Below are positions 35,929-47,653 of a stretch of DNA of 64,000 bases, piece after piece. Position 1 is the stretch's first letter. The number at the start of each line of letters is the position of its first letter. Both the position numbers and the translations under genes were made by a program. Below the pieces are notes generated by a model, which ran no database searches, had not been told where the DNA came from, and saw only the letters and a program-made list of their open reading frames with translations. The stretch is from Eremomyces bilateralis CBS 781.70 (Eukaryota), in the NCBI GenBank assembly GCA_010015585.1, contig ML975157.1. One strand, 5' to 3'.

Positions 35929-37560
35929 ATGGAGCGTCGCCAAAGCGATGCCTCGGGAGCCGCCCATCTCCTTCCACGCAATCTTCGTCCTCATGATCAC
36001 TGGCCGCCTCACACCGATGAAACCACTCCTCTCCTCCCTCCCACTGACTCCTCAGATGATGACAAGGACACAACAACATGGAGGTCCGTCCTTCACGAGC
36101 TCTGGGTGCTCTTCAATGGTTCCCTCCCCGTCATTCTCGCCTACGCCCTCCAAAACAGCCTACAGACCATCTCCGTCCTGATTGTGGGGCGCCTCTCCCC
36201 AGAAGCGCTCGCCACTGCGGCATTTGCTTATATGTTCGCCATGGCGACGGGGTGGCTGATCGCATTAGGAGGGACGACGGCGATCGATACCATTGCGAGC
36301 GCGAGCTTCACCGGGAGCAGCGATCCAAAGGATCTAGGGATTATTCTGCAGCGAGCCCTGCTCGTGTTGACCTTGTTTTATGTCCCTGTTGTCATACTCT
36401 GGGGGTTCTCCGAGTCGATATTCTTGGCCTTAGGTCAGGAGGATTATATCGCGCGAGACTCGGCGAGGTTTTTGCTGGTGTTGGCCCCGGGTGGATTAGG
36501 ATATATCTATTTCGAGTGCATGAAAAAGTACTTGCAGGCGCAGGGTATGTGGAATGCAGGAATAACAGGTTCTAAACGAATACTGAATAGTGCTCTAGAA
36601 ATCATGCGACCTGGAACATATGTTCTCCTAATCACCTCTCCCTTATCTGCCGCCCTCAATTACCTCTTCATATATCGTTTTAAACTCGGTCTCCTAGGCG
36701 CCCCCTTTGCAACCGGCATTGCCTACTGGGTGTCCTTCATCCTCCTTGTCCTATACACACGCTTCTTCTCCGGATCCAATGCTTGGGGTGGCTTCAACAA
36801 GGCCGCATTAGATATCGGTCGACTCAAAACCTTCGCTCGCCTTGCCTTCCTTGGCATTATCCATGTCGGGACGGAATGGTGGGCATTCGAAGTCGTGGCG
36901 ATCGTCGCCGGCCAACTTGGCACCATCCCGCTCGCCGCGCAGTCAGTGATCATGACCACCGACCAAGTCCTCAACACCATCCCCTTTGGCATCGGTGTTG
37001 CTGCTAGCTCTCGCGTCGGGAACTTGCTCGGGCGGCGCGATGCGAAGGGCGCCGCACTAGCGGCCAACACCGCCGCATGGCTCAGTATGATCCTCGGCGC
37101 CATCGTGCTCGCTGGGCTGATGGGCGTCAAGGACTTCTACGCGCGGATCTTCAACGATGACGAAAGGGTAGTCCGGCTGACTGCCGAGGTCATGCCATAT
37201 GTCGCCCTGTTCCAGATCGCGGATGGGTTAAACGGATCGTGTGGTGGGGCGCTCAGGGGAATGGGAAGGCAACATGTCGGTGCGGCGGTGAATCTCCTCA
37301 GCTATTACTGTGGAGCGTTGCCCCTGGGGATCTATCTGGCCTTCCATGGCTGGGGACTGGGTGGGCTATGGGTCGGCCAGTGCATCGCTTTGTACTTGGT
37401 GGGAGCACTGGAATGGGTGATCGTTGCATGGAGTAACTGGGAAAAGGAGGTGGTCAAAGCATTGGGGAGGTTGGATCATGATCCATTGGGGGTTGATAGC
37501 GCAATTGCCGAAGAGGACGAACGATTAGATCCGGAGTCCGGGGTAAACGGACATGCTTGA
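35929..37560 (+). CDS. MATE-family efflux transporter (Erc1-like)
   Basis: LPVILAYALQNSLQ, KKYLQAQ, EWWAFE, LAAQS, RVGNLLG and GALRGMGRQ. One 54-nt in-frame intron lies at about 36545-36598. Confidence 0.92.
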   Translation: MERRQSDASGAAHLLPRNLRPHDHWPPHTDETTPLLPPTDSSDDDKDTTTWRSVLHELWVLFNGSLPVILAYALQNSLQTISVLIVGRLSPEALATAAFAYMFAMATGWLIALGGTTAIDTIASASFTGSSDPKDLGIILQRALLVLTLFYVPVVILWGFSESIFLALGQEDYIARDSARFLLVLAPGGLGYIYFECMKKYLQAQGMWNAGITGSKRILNSALEIMRPGTYVLLITSPLSAALNYLFIYRFKLGLLGAPFATGIAYWVSFILLVLYTRFFSGSNAWGGFNKAALDIGRLKTFARLAFLGIIHVGTEWWAFEVVAIVAGQLGTIPLAAQSVIMTTDQVLNTIPFGIGVAASSRVGNLLGRRDAKGAALAANTAAWLSMILGAIVLAGLMGVKDFYARIFNDDERVVRLTAEVMPYVALFQIADGLNGSCGGALRGMGRQHVGAAVNLLSYYCGALPLGIYLAFHGWGLGGLWVGQCIALYLVGALEWVIVAWSNWEKEVVKALGRLDHDPLGVDSAIAEEDERLDPESGVNGHA

Positions 37561-39158
37561 GAAGTAAGATGGCAATATCTATGGTACTCCATATATCGGA
37601 TCTTATGTGTTACGAACTATGAGCTATAGATAAATTAGAGAATCGAGCTTTCCTTGATATCCATGAAGGCTCTCCAGAGGTAATAGAAGCATTCTAGACT
37701 CCATTTGTTACTGTGACGTAGTCATCAAACACGTAGTACCTATTTCTGCGGTGGCACTGTGGAAACTCGGTGGAATTTAGACTCGAGTGACGATTTCCGA
37801 CCAATCATTGGTGCTGCCCAGCTATTCTCTAACAAAGACGAGCATCCATTTAATATATATGAAGAGATAACCACATGAAAGTATTATCACGGCTTTGGAG
37901 GAAGTAAAATAAACTGCGCACATATAAGGCTGACAGTAGCATCCACTACAAAAATCCAAGTATTGGAAATATGAAGTTGACTATCATTTCCGGACTGGCT
38001 CTCCTGAGCCATTAAGTTTCTTCTCGTTGATTCGTCCAGCAAACCATAAACAACATCAGGAGATCAAGCCGGAGGAGTCAGCAGGTTGAATAATGCCCAG
38101 CATATGGGTGCCACATAGGTCGAAAATCAGAGGACTTTTGGGCTACATATTGAATGAATAAAAATATTGTAAGAAGTCCTCCGAAAATTAGCATGTGCGT
38201 ATCCCACCTCCGGCGCGGAATTTCGAGATGATACAATGAATGTGGTCATATTAGAATTCCGCTAACAATTGGTGGGGCATATCCTTATCAGAATTCCCAC
38301 TATACACACACTAAGTTAACCGCTACATATCGCACTAATGGCCCAAGGAACTCTTAGCGTGAGCTCATAATCTTTTTATGCGTAATTTTTCGACTCAGTG
38401 TGGGGTACGCTACTCCGGGTTGGTACTCGTGGTAAGTGGACTGCAGTCAGCAGTGTAAGGTGAATCCGTATCTGCCTGCATCGTGGTCGGATAAAACAAT
38501 GTGAAGACGCATCTCCGCTGCGTGTCAACTTCGCCCTCTCCTACCCCCCCCCCCGATATCGCACCGTTTGAATGCTATCGACACTCGGAAAAGATTGAAC
38601 GTTCGGAGTCAGGCTGTGGCAATTGAAATACCCGGTCTGAGTCGCCATACTCATGCCTAATGCGCTCGGCTCCGATTCAAAAGAGAAAAGCTCGGATCTG
38701 GTAACCTAGAGAACGCGGCCGTCAACAAGACTACTGCGGAGAGTTCTTTTGAATGGTGTCAGTAGAACTTCGCCGAGCATGGTCCGAAGGAGCTACAGCA
38801 GCGATTTTACATAACAGGAAACGCTACGATGATTGCGGCAAGCCATCAGAGTGATCAGAGTCATGCCATGCCGTAGCCGGCGAGACACAAGATCCAGACA
38901 ATTCGATCTCTCCAGTACTGGCTGGGAATGCCCCTCATACGTAGTAAGCACATGCGCTGATCTAGGACCCACAGGTTGTCGACACTTCGCTTTCGCTGTC
39001 TTGCTTTCCTCCTTCTTCATTCCTACTTATGAGAATCTCACTATCTATTGAAATATTTGATTGTTCCAATTGATTGCGCAGATACCGTCGCCATATCAAT
39101 CTCTTCTGAGTCTTACTGAACCGCTCCGTTTTCTTTCCGAACAGAACTTTGAGCAATC

Positions 39159-40849
39159 ATGAAGGTTTTCGCAGTCGCTGGGAGCTTGATTGCTTTTGCT
39201 GCTGCTCATGGCCACGGTGATGATCATGAACTTCCAATGGAGGGACCGCACAAGGGTTTGTGGTATAATACCTTGCCGGGTGATGGCGGCAAACAGGTAC
39301 GTGAATAAAACCCAGTGGCGCGGGGCAGTGGGCGCATTGCCGCACCTAAGTCCAACACCAAACGATGATCGCGGACAGCCCCCTGGTGATAAATTTCTCC
39401 CATGAGGCTTCTGTAGACTGGCGTTGGGGAGTATAGGTAGCCAGACATACCCTAGACTCGGCGAGCTGGAAGTCTTGGTAGGCGGTGGCTCTAACGTGAT
39501 GAACAATAGGCAGATTCAGTCTTCTCTGGAATCTCAACTTTCGGCCGCCTCGACTACCAACCCTGCCTGAATACCGACAGGGCCAAGTACGACATAGCAT
39601 TCATCGGTACCACTACCCTCCCAAAGCTTCGGGTAATAAGCTAATGTAGCCAGGCGCTCCCTTCGACACTGGCACTTCGTACCGTCCTGGTGCTCGCTTT
39701 GGCCCATCTGGAATCAGGCAAGGTTCTCGGCGCCTCAATCTTTAGTACGTTTGGACGCTCGAGGAAGTTGCTTACAAATGTTTGAATATGAAGGCTCACG
39801 AAAACTCGGGTTTAGCGGAGGCTACAATGTCCCAATGGAAGCCAACCCATTCAACAGCTGGGCCAAGGTTTTGGATTGCGGAGACATTCCTGTGACCTCG
39901 TAAGTTCACTTGTTAGACCAGGATATATGGCCATGATCCTTGTAGCGTATCGACTGACAGTGTTGGCGAAGGTACGACAACGCATATGCGCTCAAGCAGA
40001 TTGAAGAGGGCCATCACTCTATCCTCTCCCGCGCTCCAGCTACACATGCGAACGAGATGGGACCATCCAAGCATGGAAAGACTCTTCCTCGTGTGATCAC
40101 CCTGGGTGGTGACCATACTATCACTTTGCCCCTGCTGAGGAGCATCAACAAGGAGTACGGTCCTGTTAGCGTTATTCACTTCGACAGCCATCTGTAAGTG
40201 ACCTGCTAATTGAATCCGGATGTGATTGCATTGTGGCTGACCGAGCGCTTAAAATAGCGACACGTGGAAGCCAACTGTCTTCGGTGGAGCACCCTCGTCT
40301 CAAGCCTCCATCAACCATGGTACTTACTTCTTCCACGCCGCTCAGGAGGGTCTTCTCCGTAATGACTCCAATATCCACGCTGGTATCCGAACCACACTCT
40401 CTGGCCCGTCCGATTACGAAAACGATGGCTACTGTGGTTTCCAGATCGTCGAGGCTCGCGAGATCGATAAGATCGGCACCGAAGGCATCATCCAGAAGAT
40501 CCGCGAGCGCGTTGGCACCAAGAACCCGGTTTATCTGAGCATCGACATCGACACCCTCGATCCCGCTTTCGCCCCGGCCACGGGTACCCCGGAAACCGGG
40601 GGCTGGAGCACGAGGGAGTTAAGGACCATCGTCCGGGGTTTGGAGGGCATCAACCTCATCGGTGCGGATATCGTCGAGGTAGCGCCCGCGTATGACACAA
40701 ACGCAGAGCTGACCACCATGGCTGCTGCGGATGTGCTTTACGAGGTTATGACCATTATGGTCAAGAGAGGTCCCTTGAGCATGATGGACTGGGAGGAGGG
40801 CACAAACGTCGAGACTGTGGACTCTGGCAGGATCAATGTAGAATTGTAA
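39159..40849 (+). CDS. Ureohydrolase (agmatinase/guanidinobutyrase-like) with signal peptide, 6 exons
   Basis: GAPFDTGTSYRPGARFGP, LGGDHTI, HFDSHLD, SIDIDTLDP, PATGTPE and GADIVEVAPAYD. Hydrophobic N-terminus MKVFAVAGSLIAFAAA. Confidence 0.92.
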
Positions 40850-41656
40850 ATCAGGGTCGGATGTAACCGATTGGGATAGCCTAGGAGATGGAGGAAAGAA
40901 GAGAGAAGGATGCAACACTAAGTTAGCCATGTTGGTGCTGGAAATCTGTTGATAACATCGATCTGGTAACGAAGGCGTTGCAACTAACGGGAAAATCTCA
41001 GATTCACAACTTGAAATATGAGAATAATGAAACTTGACGCCATTTATTGTGATTTAATCAGCAAGTGTTGAATAATAACCTACTCAAAATGGTTTAAAAA
41101 GCACCTAGGAGGTGAACTTCTGTGTTAATTGGGCTAGAACCTTTAATTTCGAACACTAATTACAGGTAGCAATGTCGAGGCTGAAAGCCATCGAATGAGG
41201 ATGATTGGGAAAATAAAACTGGACTTTAACACTTCAAGAACCTTAAATAACACTGAGCAATCCTATCCTTCAATAGGCCATTACAAGTTCTTTATGTGGC
41301 CATACAGTATTCGTCACTAAAATGATCGAGGATTGCCCAATTTAATATTTCCTCTTATAAAAAATGACCAGATATTCCAATCCCAACAAATACCTTTGCA
41401 GATCTAGGCACCCGAAAACCATCATATTCCGAACGGGTAGAACATATATGCGGGCATGGACCTAGAAAAATACAGACAGCAGGGCTACTAGTCACGGAGA
41501 TGCAGGCTATGAGGGCATCTGTAGAACAGGCGATGAGGGGGACTGTTCGGGGGCTTGCAGGTGGTAAGGGAGGCACAGACCGGGCAATCACGGAGGCTCA
41601 CGCAGGGGCCTACACTAAGCCAAGCAACTAACTATCAATGTATAACTAATTAGTTA

Positions 41657-42080
41657 ACGTATTCCACAAGCGAGCGGCCCATACAGGCGAGCGGCCCACC
41701 CCATTTTACTAGTAAATTCGATAAAATTCGATATCAATATCTCAACAACCACTGGATAATATAGTCTGAAAACTTAGAATTAGGTTTTCCTAGCCATTTC
41801 TAGCTTACTATTGAAATCTTAAAACCCTAGCTTTTACAGGTATAGAGATACCTACTTCTTGGCAAGATTTAGAGACCAAATCTCTATATCTTTATAACTA
41901 TAAAAGATAAAGCTCTAAGATTCTAATAATAAGCTAGAAATCGATAGGAAAACCTAATTCTAAGTTTTCAGACTATATTACCCAGTGGTTGTTGAGATAT
42001 TGATGTCGAATTTTGTCGAATTTACTAGTAAAATGAGCTGGGCCACTCGCTTGTACGGGCCACTCGCTTGTGGAATACGT
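41657..42080. mobile_element. Non-autonomous Tc1/mariner (Fot1/pogo-type, Vader-like) fold-back MITE, 424 bp
   Basis: TA|ACGTATTCCACAAGCGAGCGGCCC ... GGGCCACTCGCTTGTGGAATACGT|TA. Each TIR contains two ~14-bp direct repeats. The inverted arms extend about 190 bp, the interior is AT-rich, and there is no ORF. Confidence 0.9.
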
Positions 42081-42364
42081 TACTCTTTACAGTGGGCTAA
42101 AAGCAAAGTCATTTTAATCACTAATTCATAAACGAACTAACCAGGGGTAGGATTTCTATGTTACATGATAGGGTGCGGATGTAATGCTTCCCATTTCATT
42201 GTATGAATAGTGCTCAGTGTGACAGATTCTAGATAAGACTGCAAAGGTGCAAACAGCATTGAATGAAAAGACCTAACCCTGATCGTCCAAGCGCGAGCGG
42301 TCATTGCCCTTACAATAGTACTAAAGTCTAATGAGACTAAGGCTTGTTTCGTTCCACTAACTAG

Positions 42365-43310
42365 TTAAGCCTTCAGTTGATTTGATAGAGCACCAACGTC
42401 TAGAGGGTGAGGAAGTGGATTGCCTGCCCACTCCGCAACCTCAGTACAGATTTTGGCCACCTCGGTCACAACACCCTCTCCGTTTCCCATTGCAAGGCTA
42501 GCTTTAAGATGGCTTCTTGCTTGTCTGGTGGAGCCACTCGCAGTAATAGCTGTTGCAATTAATAGCTGCGTTTGATGTTCGGCGAGCACACCCGATTTAT
42601 TTGCGCCTGCAACGCTGTAGCCCCATACCACTGTGTTTGTAGCCAGCCTCATCTCAGGAAACCCGATCGAAAGCAGTTCCCGCACTTCAGGATTGTTGAC
42701 CTTTTCGTATGTCCTAGCAATCATGGCTTTTCCTTCTTCTAGATGTACCCCCGCATCCAAGTCGCCCCTAATTGAATTAACACTTTTCCAGGGAATCGTT
42801 GAACGATAGTCCGGCTCCTAGCCTTTCGTTTCAACATACCGCACTTTCTGAGCCCCAATAAATTCAATATTTCTTCGCTGGAGGACATTTACAATGCCCA
42901 GGCCCGCAGGTACTGTCCATGGAATGCCAACGAATGGCCAGATAACCGTGATACATTCTCTTATTTTGTAGAATATCGCCTTGATTTCTTCAATATCTGT
43001 CGTACCTTCAATTGCTTCTTCAAAAAGCTTGGACGCACAGTCTCCTCTATGCGTGCCGACAAAGACCGCGGCCTATATCTCCTTGTCAGTGGGATGCATA
43101 TCACCGCAGGTTGTCTTGTCTTTGGTGAAAACGTACCAAGACAGCATAGCTGTAATACTTCCATTCGTCCTCTCCAAATGAGAGCAGACGCTTCCTTAGC
43201 GACGTCACCAATTCCGATGAAAAACCAGGTGCCCCGGGTCTGATATTCGCCGAAACATACCGCGCTTCAAATTCCGCTTGCTCATCGCCAGTTGGCTTTG
43301 ATTGTGCCAT
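42365..43310 (-). CDS. AhpD/carboxymuconolactone-decarboxylase-like helical protein (paralog A), 3 exons
   Basis: Spliced: MAQSKP...RPGAPGF...YAVL|AAVFVGTHRGD...IRECITVIWPFVGIPWTVPAGLG...KVR|GDLDAG...QLLIATAITASGSTRQARSHLKASLAMGN. The all-helical pattern resembles fungal AhpD-like proteins. Confidence 0.7.
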
Positions 43311-43543
43311 GTTGAAAAAGTAGCATACAATTTTATGCCTTGCTAATTGTTGCAGTGGTGGAGATGTGGCAGCTCGAGGAATTCGACTAAATGTACATGG
43401 GAAAGGCCAGAAAATATCCCGTAGTAGCTAGGCTAGTGGGATGATTTGGCGCATATTTGAGAGTGCACTCTTTCTCTTTGAGAGGCGGTCCCTTATTCTC
43501 GCGGAGTGGGACGTAGACCTAGTGAGTGAGTGAGTCTGGGCTA

Positions 43544-43589
43544 CGGAAGTGCGGGGAGCGGACCCGGTTTGTGCTACGGAAGAACGGGG
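43544..43589 (+). promoter_or_regulatory. Two CGG-N5-CGGGG sites in the AhpD-A/FMO1 divergent promoter
   Basis: CGGAAGTGCGGGG (43544-43556) and CGGAAGAACGGGG (43577-43589), each preceded by GCTA. Confidence 0.65.
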
Positions 43590-43801
43590 GTCTCATGCAT
43601 GGGCGATTCCATTGTTGGCTCACGGTGGAGCAGAGTAAAAAGCATGAGCAAATAAGCGGTCAGTTCGAGTTAAGTACTAGGTGTGGCACCGTGAGGCTGA
43701 AATACAGCAGGAGGTGCGTAGTACGATTCAGATCTCAGGCGAGGAAAATTAACCTTCAGAGCAGCTGTCATTTGCCGCTCATCACGACTGCTTCCATCCA
43801 A

Positions 43802-45490
43802 ATGGATCCTTATATTCCCTCTTTCGATGTCCTCGTTATAGGATGCGGTCCAGTTGGCCTTTTTGCAGCATATCTTCTGGGACAGCGCGGAGTTCAAACC
43901 TTGATTATCGACAAACACGTAACAAGAAGGGGTCAACCCAAAGCCCATGCTATAAATCCACGTTCGTTGGAGATTTTTCGTCAGACCGGCCTGGACGTTC
44001 CTTGTTTACGTCGTGCCGGACTTCATCCACAAGATGTCGACTTGGTCCGCTTTGTTTCTTCCTTTTACGGGTGGGAGTTCGGTAATCTTCCGTACGAGCG
44101 ACAGTTGGACGACGTCAAGGATGTTACCCCTGAGCCGCTGTTCAACATTGATCAGCCCAGTCTGGAAGAGTACCTGCTTTCGGAAGCTCTCGAGTCCCCG
44201 TATGTCATAATTCAAAAGCCAGTCGAGTGGAGGGCGGCTCGAAGCATCGCAAACGGCGATGTAATTTCAACCTTGTACGACCGACAAACGGACAAGTCTT
44301 TTGAAGTCCAATCACGCTACATTATTGCTTGCGATGGATCGCGCTCTACCGCACGAGAAGTTTTGAAGTTCAAGCTCAACCCTCTTCCCGATGTCGAGTG
44401 CAAAACAACGGACTATGTCACTACTCATTTCAAAGCCGACCTGTCGGGTGGGCGCTCCGGTATTCTCTTCTTTATAATGCAGCCCGATGGCTTGAGAACA
44501 TTTATCCGCTATGGTGCGGTTGACTGGGTGCTCGTCTACAGGTTCAATCCCGAAAAAGTTCAGCCTTCGACATTCACTGAAGAAGAGTGTTCCCGCCACA
44601 TTCAGGCAGCTCTAGGAAAAGACGTTGAGTTTGAGATCTTGAGCATCACTATCTGGTCCACCACGCCTCGCATCGTGGAGTCCTACCGCTCCTCCCTGGT
44701 CAAAAATGCGTTCCTTGCTGGCGACTCGGCGCACACATTCTCTCCAACCGGTGGACTGGGTCAAAACACAGGCTTCGGCGATGTCCATAACCTGGTATGG
44801 AAGCTTCTGATGGTCATGAACGGCCATGCTTTGGATATCCTGATGGACTCATATGACGAAGAGCGCATAACAGTAGCAGTTGCGAACGCACGTCAAAGCA
44901 CCGTCAATGAAGCCAAAATGGATGTTTTAGGACAGACTATCAATCCGGCGAGCGAACGCGGCCATGGTAGCCAAGAATGGGAGAATGAAGACTTTCAGTA
45001 CAAAGTTCGAGAAGCGATCCAGCACAATGCCGACCACTTTGACTCGCTTGATCTGCAACTTGGCATGATTTACAACAAGCTGCCGCGACCGACGGACCAG
45101 AATGTTTCCAAATTTGTTCAAAAAGCAGTTCCTGGAGCCCGATTGCCTCATGCTTGGGTCGAATTTGGTGGAAAGGTTGATGCTTCATCCCTGGACCTTG
45201 TGGGCTATTCGGACCTCACTCTACTATGCCCCGACCTCGTGCTTGCCCATGAGCTAGAGTCCCGACTTTCCGCAAATGTACGAGAATTGGTACAAATCAA
45301 GATTCTCGGTAGTCATTTTACCACCAACAATACCGACTGGCTCGATATGCTTTTTACCACGCAAAGGAATCGGGCAGTGCTCGTACGTCCAGATCAGCAT
45401 ATCGCCAGCCTTCTTGATTCTACATCATCTATGGTTCAAGCTTTCAGGTCTATCAACCTCGAAGTCCCCAATCCTCCTTCCTTCTCGTGA
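43802..45490 (+). CDS. FAD-dependent aromatic hydroxylase (FAD_binding_3, TfdB/PheA-type) FMO1, intronless
   Basis: VLVIGCGPVG, ACDGSRS, FLAGDSAHTFSPTGGLGQNTG, PGARLPHAW and LVRPDQHI. The likely start is MDPYIPS at 43802. Confidence 0.9.
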   Translation: MDPYIPSFDVLVIGCGPVGLFAAYLLGQRGVQTLIIDKHVTRRGQPKAHAINPRSLEIFRQTGLDVPCLRRAGLHPQDVDLVRFVSSFYGWEFGNLPYERQLDDVKDVTPEPLFNIDQPSLEEYLLSEALESPYVIIQKPVEWRAARSIANGDVISTLYDRQTDKSFEVQSRYIIACDGSRSTAREVLKFKLNPLPDVECKTTDYVTTHFKADLSGGRSGILFFIMQPDGLRTFIRYGAVDWVLVYRFNPEKVQPSTFTEEECSRHIQAALGKDVEFEILSITIWSTTPRIVESYRSSLVKNAFLAGDSAHTFSPTGGLGQNTGFGDVHNLVWKLLMVMNGHALDILMDSYDEERITVAVANARQSTVNEAKMDVLGQTINPASERGHGSQEWENEDFQYKVREAIQHNADHFDSLDLQLGMIYNKLPRPTDQNVSKFVQKAVPGARLPHAWVEFGGKVDASSLDLVGYSDLTLLCPDLVLAHELESRLSANVRELVQIKILGSHFTTNNTDWLDMLFTTQRNRAVLVRPDQHIASLLDSTSSMVQAFRSINLEVPNPPSFS

Positions 45491-45762
45491 CAGCTTCCTA
45501 GCTTATCAAAAGCTCTGGTAGTAGCTGAACCAGATACATAAACCAAGTTGGGCCCATGATAGAGAGAGAGTAGACAGATAAAATGATAACTGGCAATTCA
45601 TGAAATGACTCAATGAGTCGTCTTAAATAGTAAAGTCGAGTTGATGCCGTATTGAAGTGACATGTTTGGGACTCGGCAGGGTCCTATCGCACTTGTCACT
45701 GGTTCAAGCAACTTCGGGAAAGGATTTTCTCTTGCGGCAAGCAAATCTATTGATACAAATTT

Positions 45763-47493
45763 TTAGACGCAGAGACTCAAGCACTCTACAAGGTCCTCTT
45801 TCGATCCAATGAATCCCATGATGTGTTGATCTGGTCTCACTAAGAGCGCCGCCGATGGAGACAAATGTGCGGCCCTTATCCAAGCCGCAGGAATTCGCCG
45901 CTCCTTCACATCGACAACTACCACAAGATCCTTCAGATCTTCAATCCAAGAGGAGTGGAATTTAACTGCAAAAAGCGTCAGTTTCCTTTCGGATACTAAG
46001 TCAAGCGTTGACGCCTTCCTTCCAACGCCATCGATCTGAAGCAGCCACGCGTGGGGTAATCGTGCACCACACTCGAAACTCGGTTCGTATAGGGAGCAAT
46101 CTTTGCGAAGAAGCTCTTGCGGAGACTTCGAAGCCTCGACATCATTGTATACGTATCCCAATTGAAGACCAAGACTGTCAAAATGATCTCGATTCCGCTC
46201 AATCGCCGTGGTGATATCGTTCTTGACCTGAGATTGGAGCATAAGCTCGGGTAATGCCGCTGACATATTTGAGACCGTCTCCAGAACCACCGCATCCAGC
46301 TGCCGCATATGTTGTTCGTTTACGGCAGATTGAATAGAGTTGGCCACCGCGACGGGTCTCCGTTCGGTGGTGTAAGTTTTAAGAAGACGTTGAGGAGTAG
46401 CTGTCAAGCCATCCAAAACAAATCTCATCTTCCAGACGAGGTTATGTGCGTCGGCAATGCCGGTGTTGACTCCGAGCCCTCCCATCGGTGGAAATGTGTG
46501 CGCTGCGTCTCCCGCTAGGAAAATTCGTTGATGACTATCAGAGTAGGAGCTCGCCGTTCTCGGCCACGTTGACCAGATTTGCACAGAATGAATCTTGATA
46601 TCGCTCAGAACGCCCGGACCGATGGCAGTTTTAATCTCTTTTTTGCACCTCTCGACGGTAAAGTAGCCCAAAGGTTCCTGAGTTATATCAGGAACTGGCC
46701 GAGCATATACCCATTCCGGATTTTTGTATCCGATGAAACCGCCATGCCTCGTATCTGGCGAACAAAAGAAGTACAACTGAGCCACTCGTCCATTGGTATA
46801 TGAAGAGAGGTCCATCGTGCAATGTACGGAAACGTAGTTCATCAGACCTCTATCGTCGTCGATCGCCTCCAGCTGGACTCCAGGGATTCGTGACCTAACA
46901 GTGGAATTCGTGCCATCTGCTCCAACGACAAACTTCGACTCCACTTCCAACACCTCGTTATGCCCTCGTTGCTTGATTCTGGACCTCACAATCTGTCTTT
47001 CTGCGTCGTATTCATAGCTTTGCCAATCGTGAGATCGATGAATCGTAACGCGGCCAGTTCCAAGGACCTCTTCTTGCAGTGCTTGCTCCAGAATCGGCTG
47101 TGAAAGATTGAAAAGAGGTTCCGGAGTCAATTCCTCCACGGCTTTATCTTGCCTCTCATAGGGCAAACACCCTATTTCATCTCCCGTTAGGTGTGTTAAA
47201 AACCTGACACGATCGCCTTCCTCCACAGGAACGCCCTTCTGTCTCAATTCGTCCAGGTCAATGCCAGCCTGCCGTAATATCTCGAGTGATCGCGCGTTGA
47301 TAGCATGTGCCTTAGGCTGCCCAAGTCGAAGGGCATGCCGTTCAACAATGGTACTATTGATTCCTTGTCTCGCCAGCAGTAGTGCAGTGACCAATCCAAC
47401 AGGACCCAGTCCCACCACCAGCACAGGTGTAGACAGTGGCGATTTGCTGAAGAGCCTTTCATCCCGCGTGGGAAGTGGATCAAAGTAGGCCAT
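45763..47493 (-). CDS. FAD-dependent aromatic hydroxylase (TfdB/PheA-type) FMO2, intronless paralog of FMO1
   Basis: VLVVGLGPVG, GADGTNS, FLAGDAAHTFPPMGGLGVNTG, GARLPHAW and LVRPDQHI. ATG 47493 is preferred because a TATA-like element at about 47560 is too close to the alternative ATG at 47529. Confidence 0.9.
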   Translation of the reverse strand: MAYFDPLPTRDERLFSKSPLSTPVLVVGLGPVGLVTALLLARQGINSTIVERHALRLGQPKAHAINARSLEILRQAGIDLDELRQKGVPVEEGDRVRFLTHLTGDEIGCLPYERQDKAVEELTPEPLFNLSQPILEQALQEEVLGTGRVTIHRSHDWQSYEYDAERQIVRSRIKQRGHNEVLEVESKFVVGADGTNSTVRSRIPGVQLEAIDDDRGLMNYVSVHCTMDLSSYTNGRVAQLYFFCSPDTRHGGFIGYKNPEWVYARPVPDITQEPLGYFTVERCKKEIKTAIGPGVLSDIKIHSVQIWSTWPRTASSYSDSHQRIFLAGDAAHTFPPMGGLGVNTGIADAHNLVWKMRFVLDGLTATPQRLLKTYTTERRPVAVANSIQSAVNEQHMRQLDAVVLETVSNMSAALPELMLQSQVKNDITTAIERNRDHFDSLGLQLGYVYNDVEASKSPQELLRKDCSLYEPSFECGARLPHAWLLQIDGVGRKASTLDLVSERKLTLFAVKFHSSWIEDLKDLVVVVDVKERRIPAAWIRAAHLSPSAALLVRPDQHIMGFIGSKEDLVECLSLCV

Positions 47494-47640
47494 GATTTCT
47501 TGTTTGGAGGTATCGCAGGGCGGTAACATGCATTCGATGACAAGGGCGAGGAATTACTATATAAACCCCTGTTGGCTTGTGCACTCTCGCGGGCTACCTT
47601 TAGCCTTCCGCCTTCGCGGCACCAGCGACTGGGCTAGCTT

Positions 47641-47653
47641 CGGCAAAACGGGG
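47641..47653 (+). promoter_or_regulatory. CGG-N5-CGGGG site upstream of FMO2
   Basis: CGGCAAAACGGGG. Confidence 0.55.

Noticed and set aside
39297..39509. 213-nt first intron of the agmatinase-like gene as a possible riboswitch
   Set aside because: It has a small GC hairpin but lacks the TPP aptamer consensus. No supportable RNA family.
41350..41656. Possible LINE 3' remnant ending in TAAC-rich sequence, into which the MITE inserted
   Set aside because: Only a vague resemblance, with no RT/RNase H motif readable.
43526..43801. 92-codon N-terminal extension of the FMO1 ORF from a GTG
   Set aside because: It overlaps the divergent promoter and motif sites. Homology to the paralog begins at ATG 43802.
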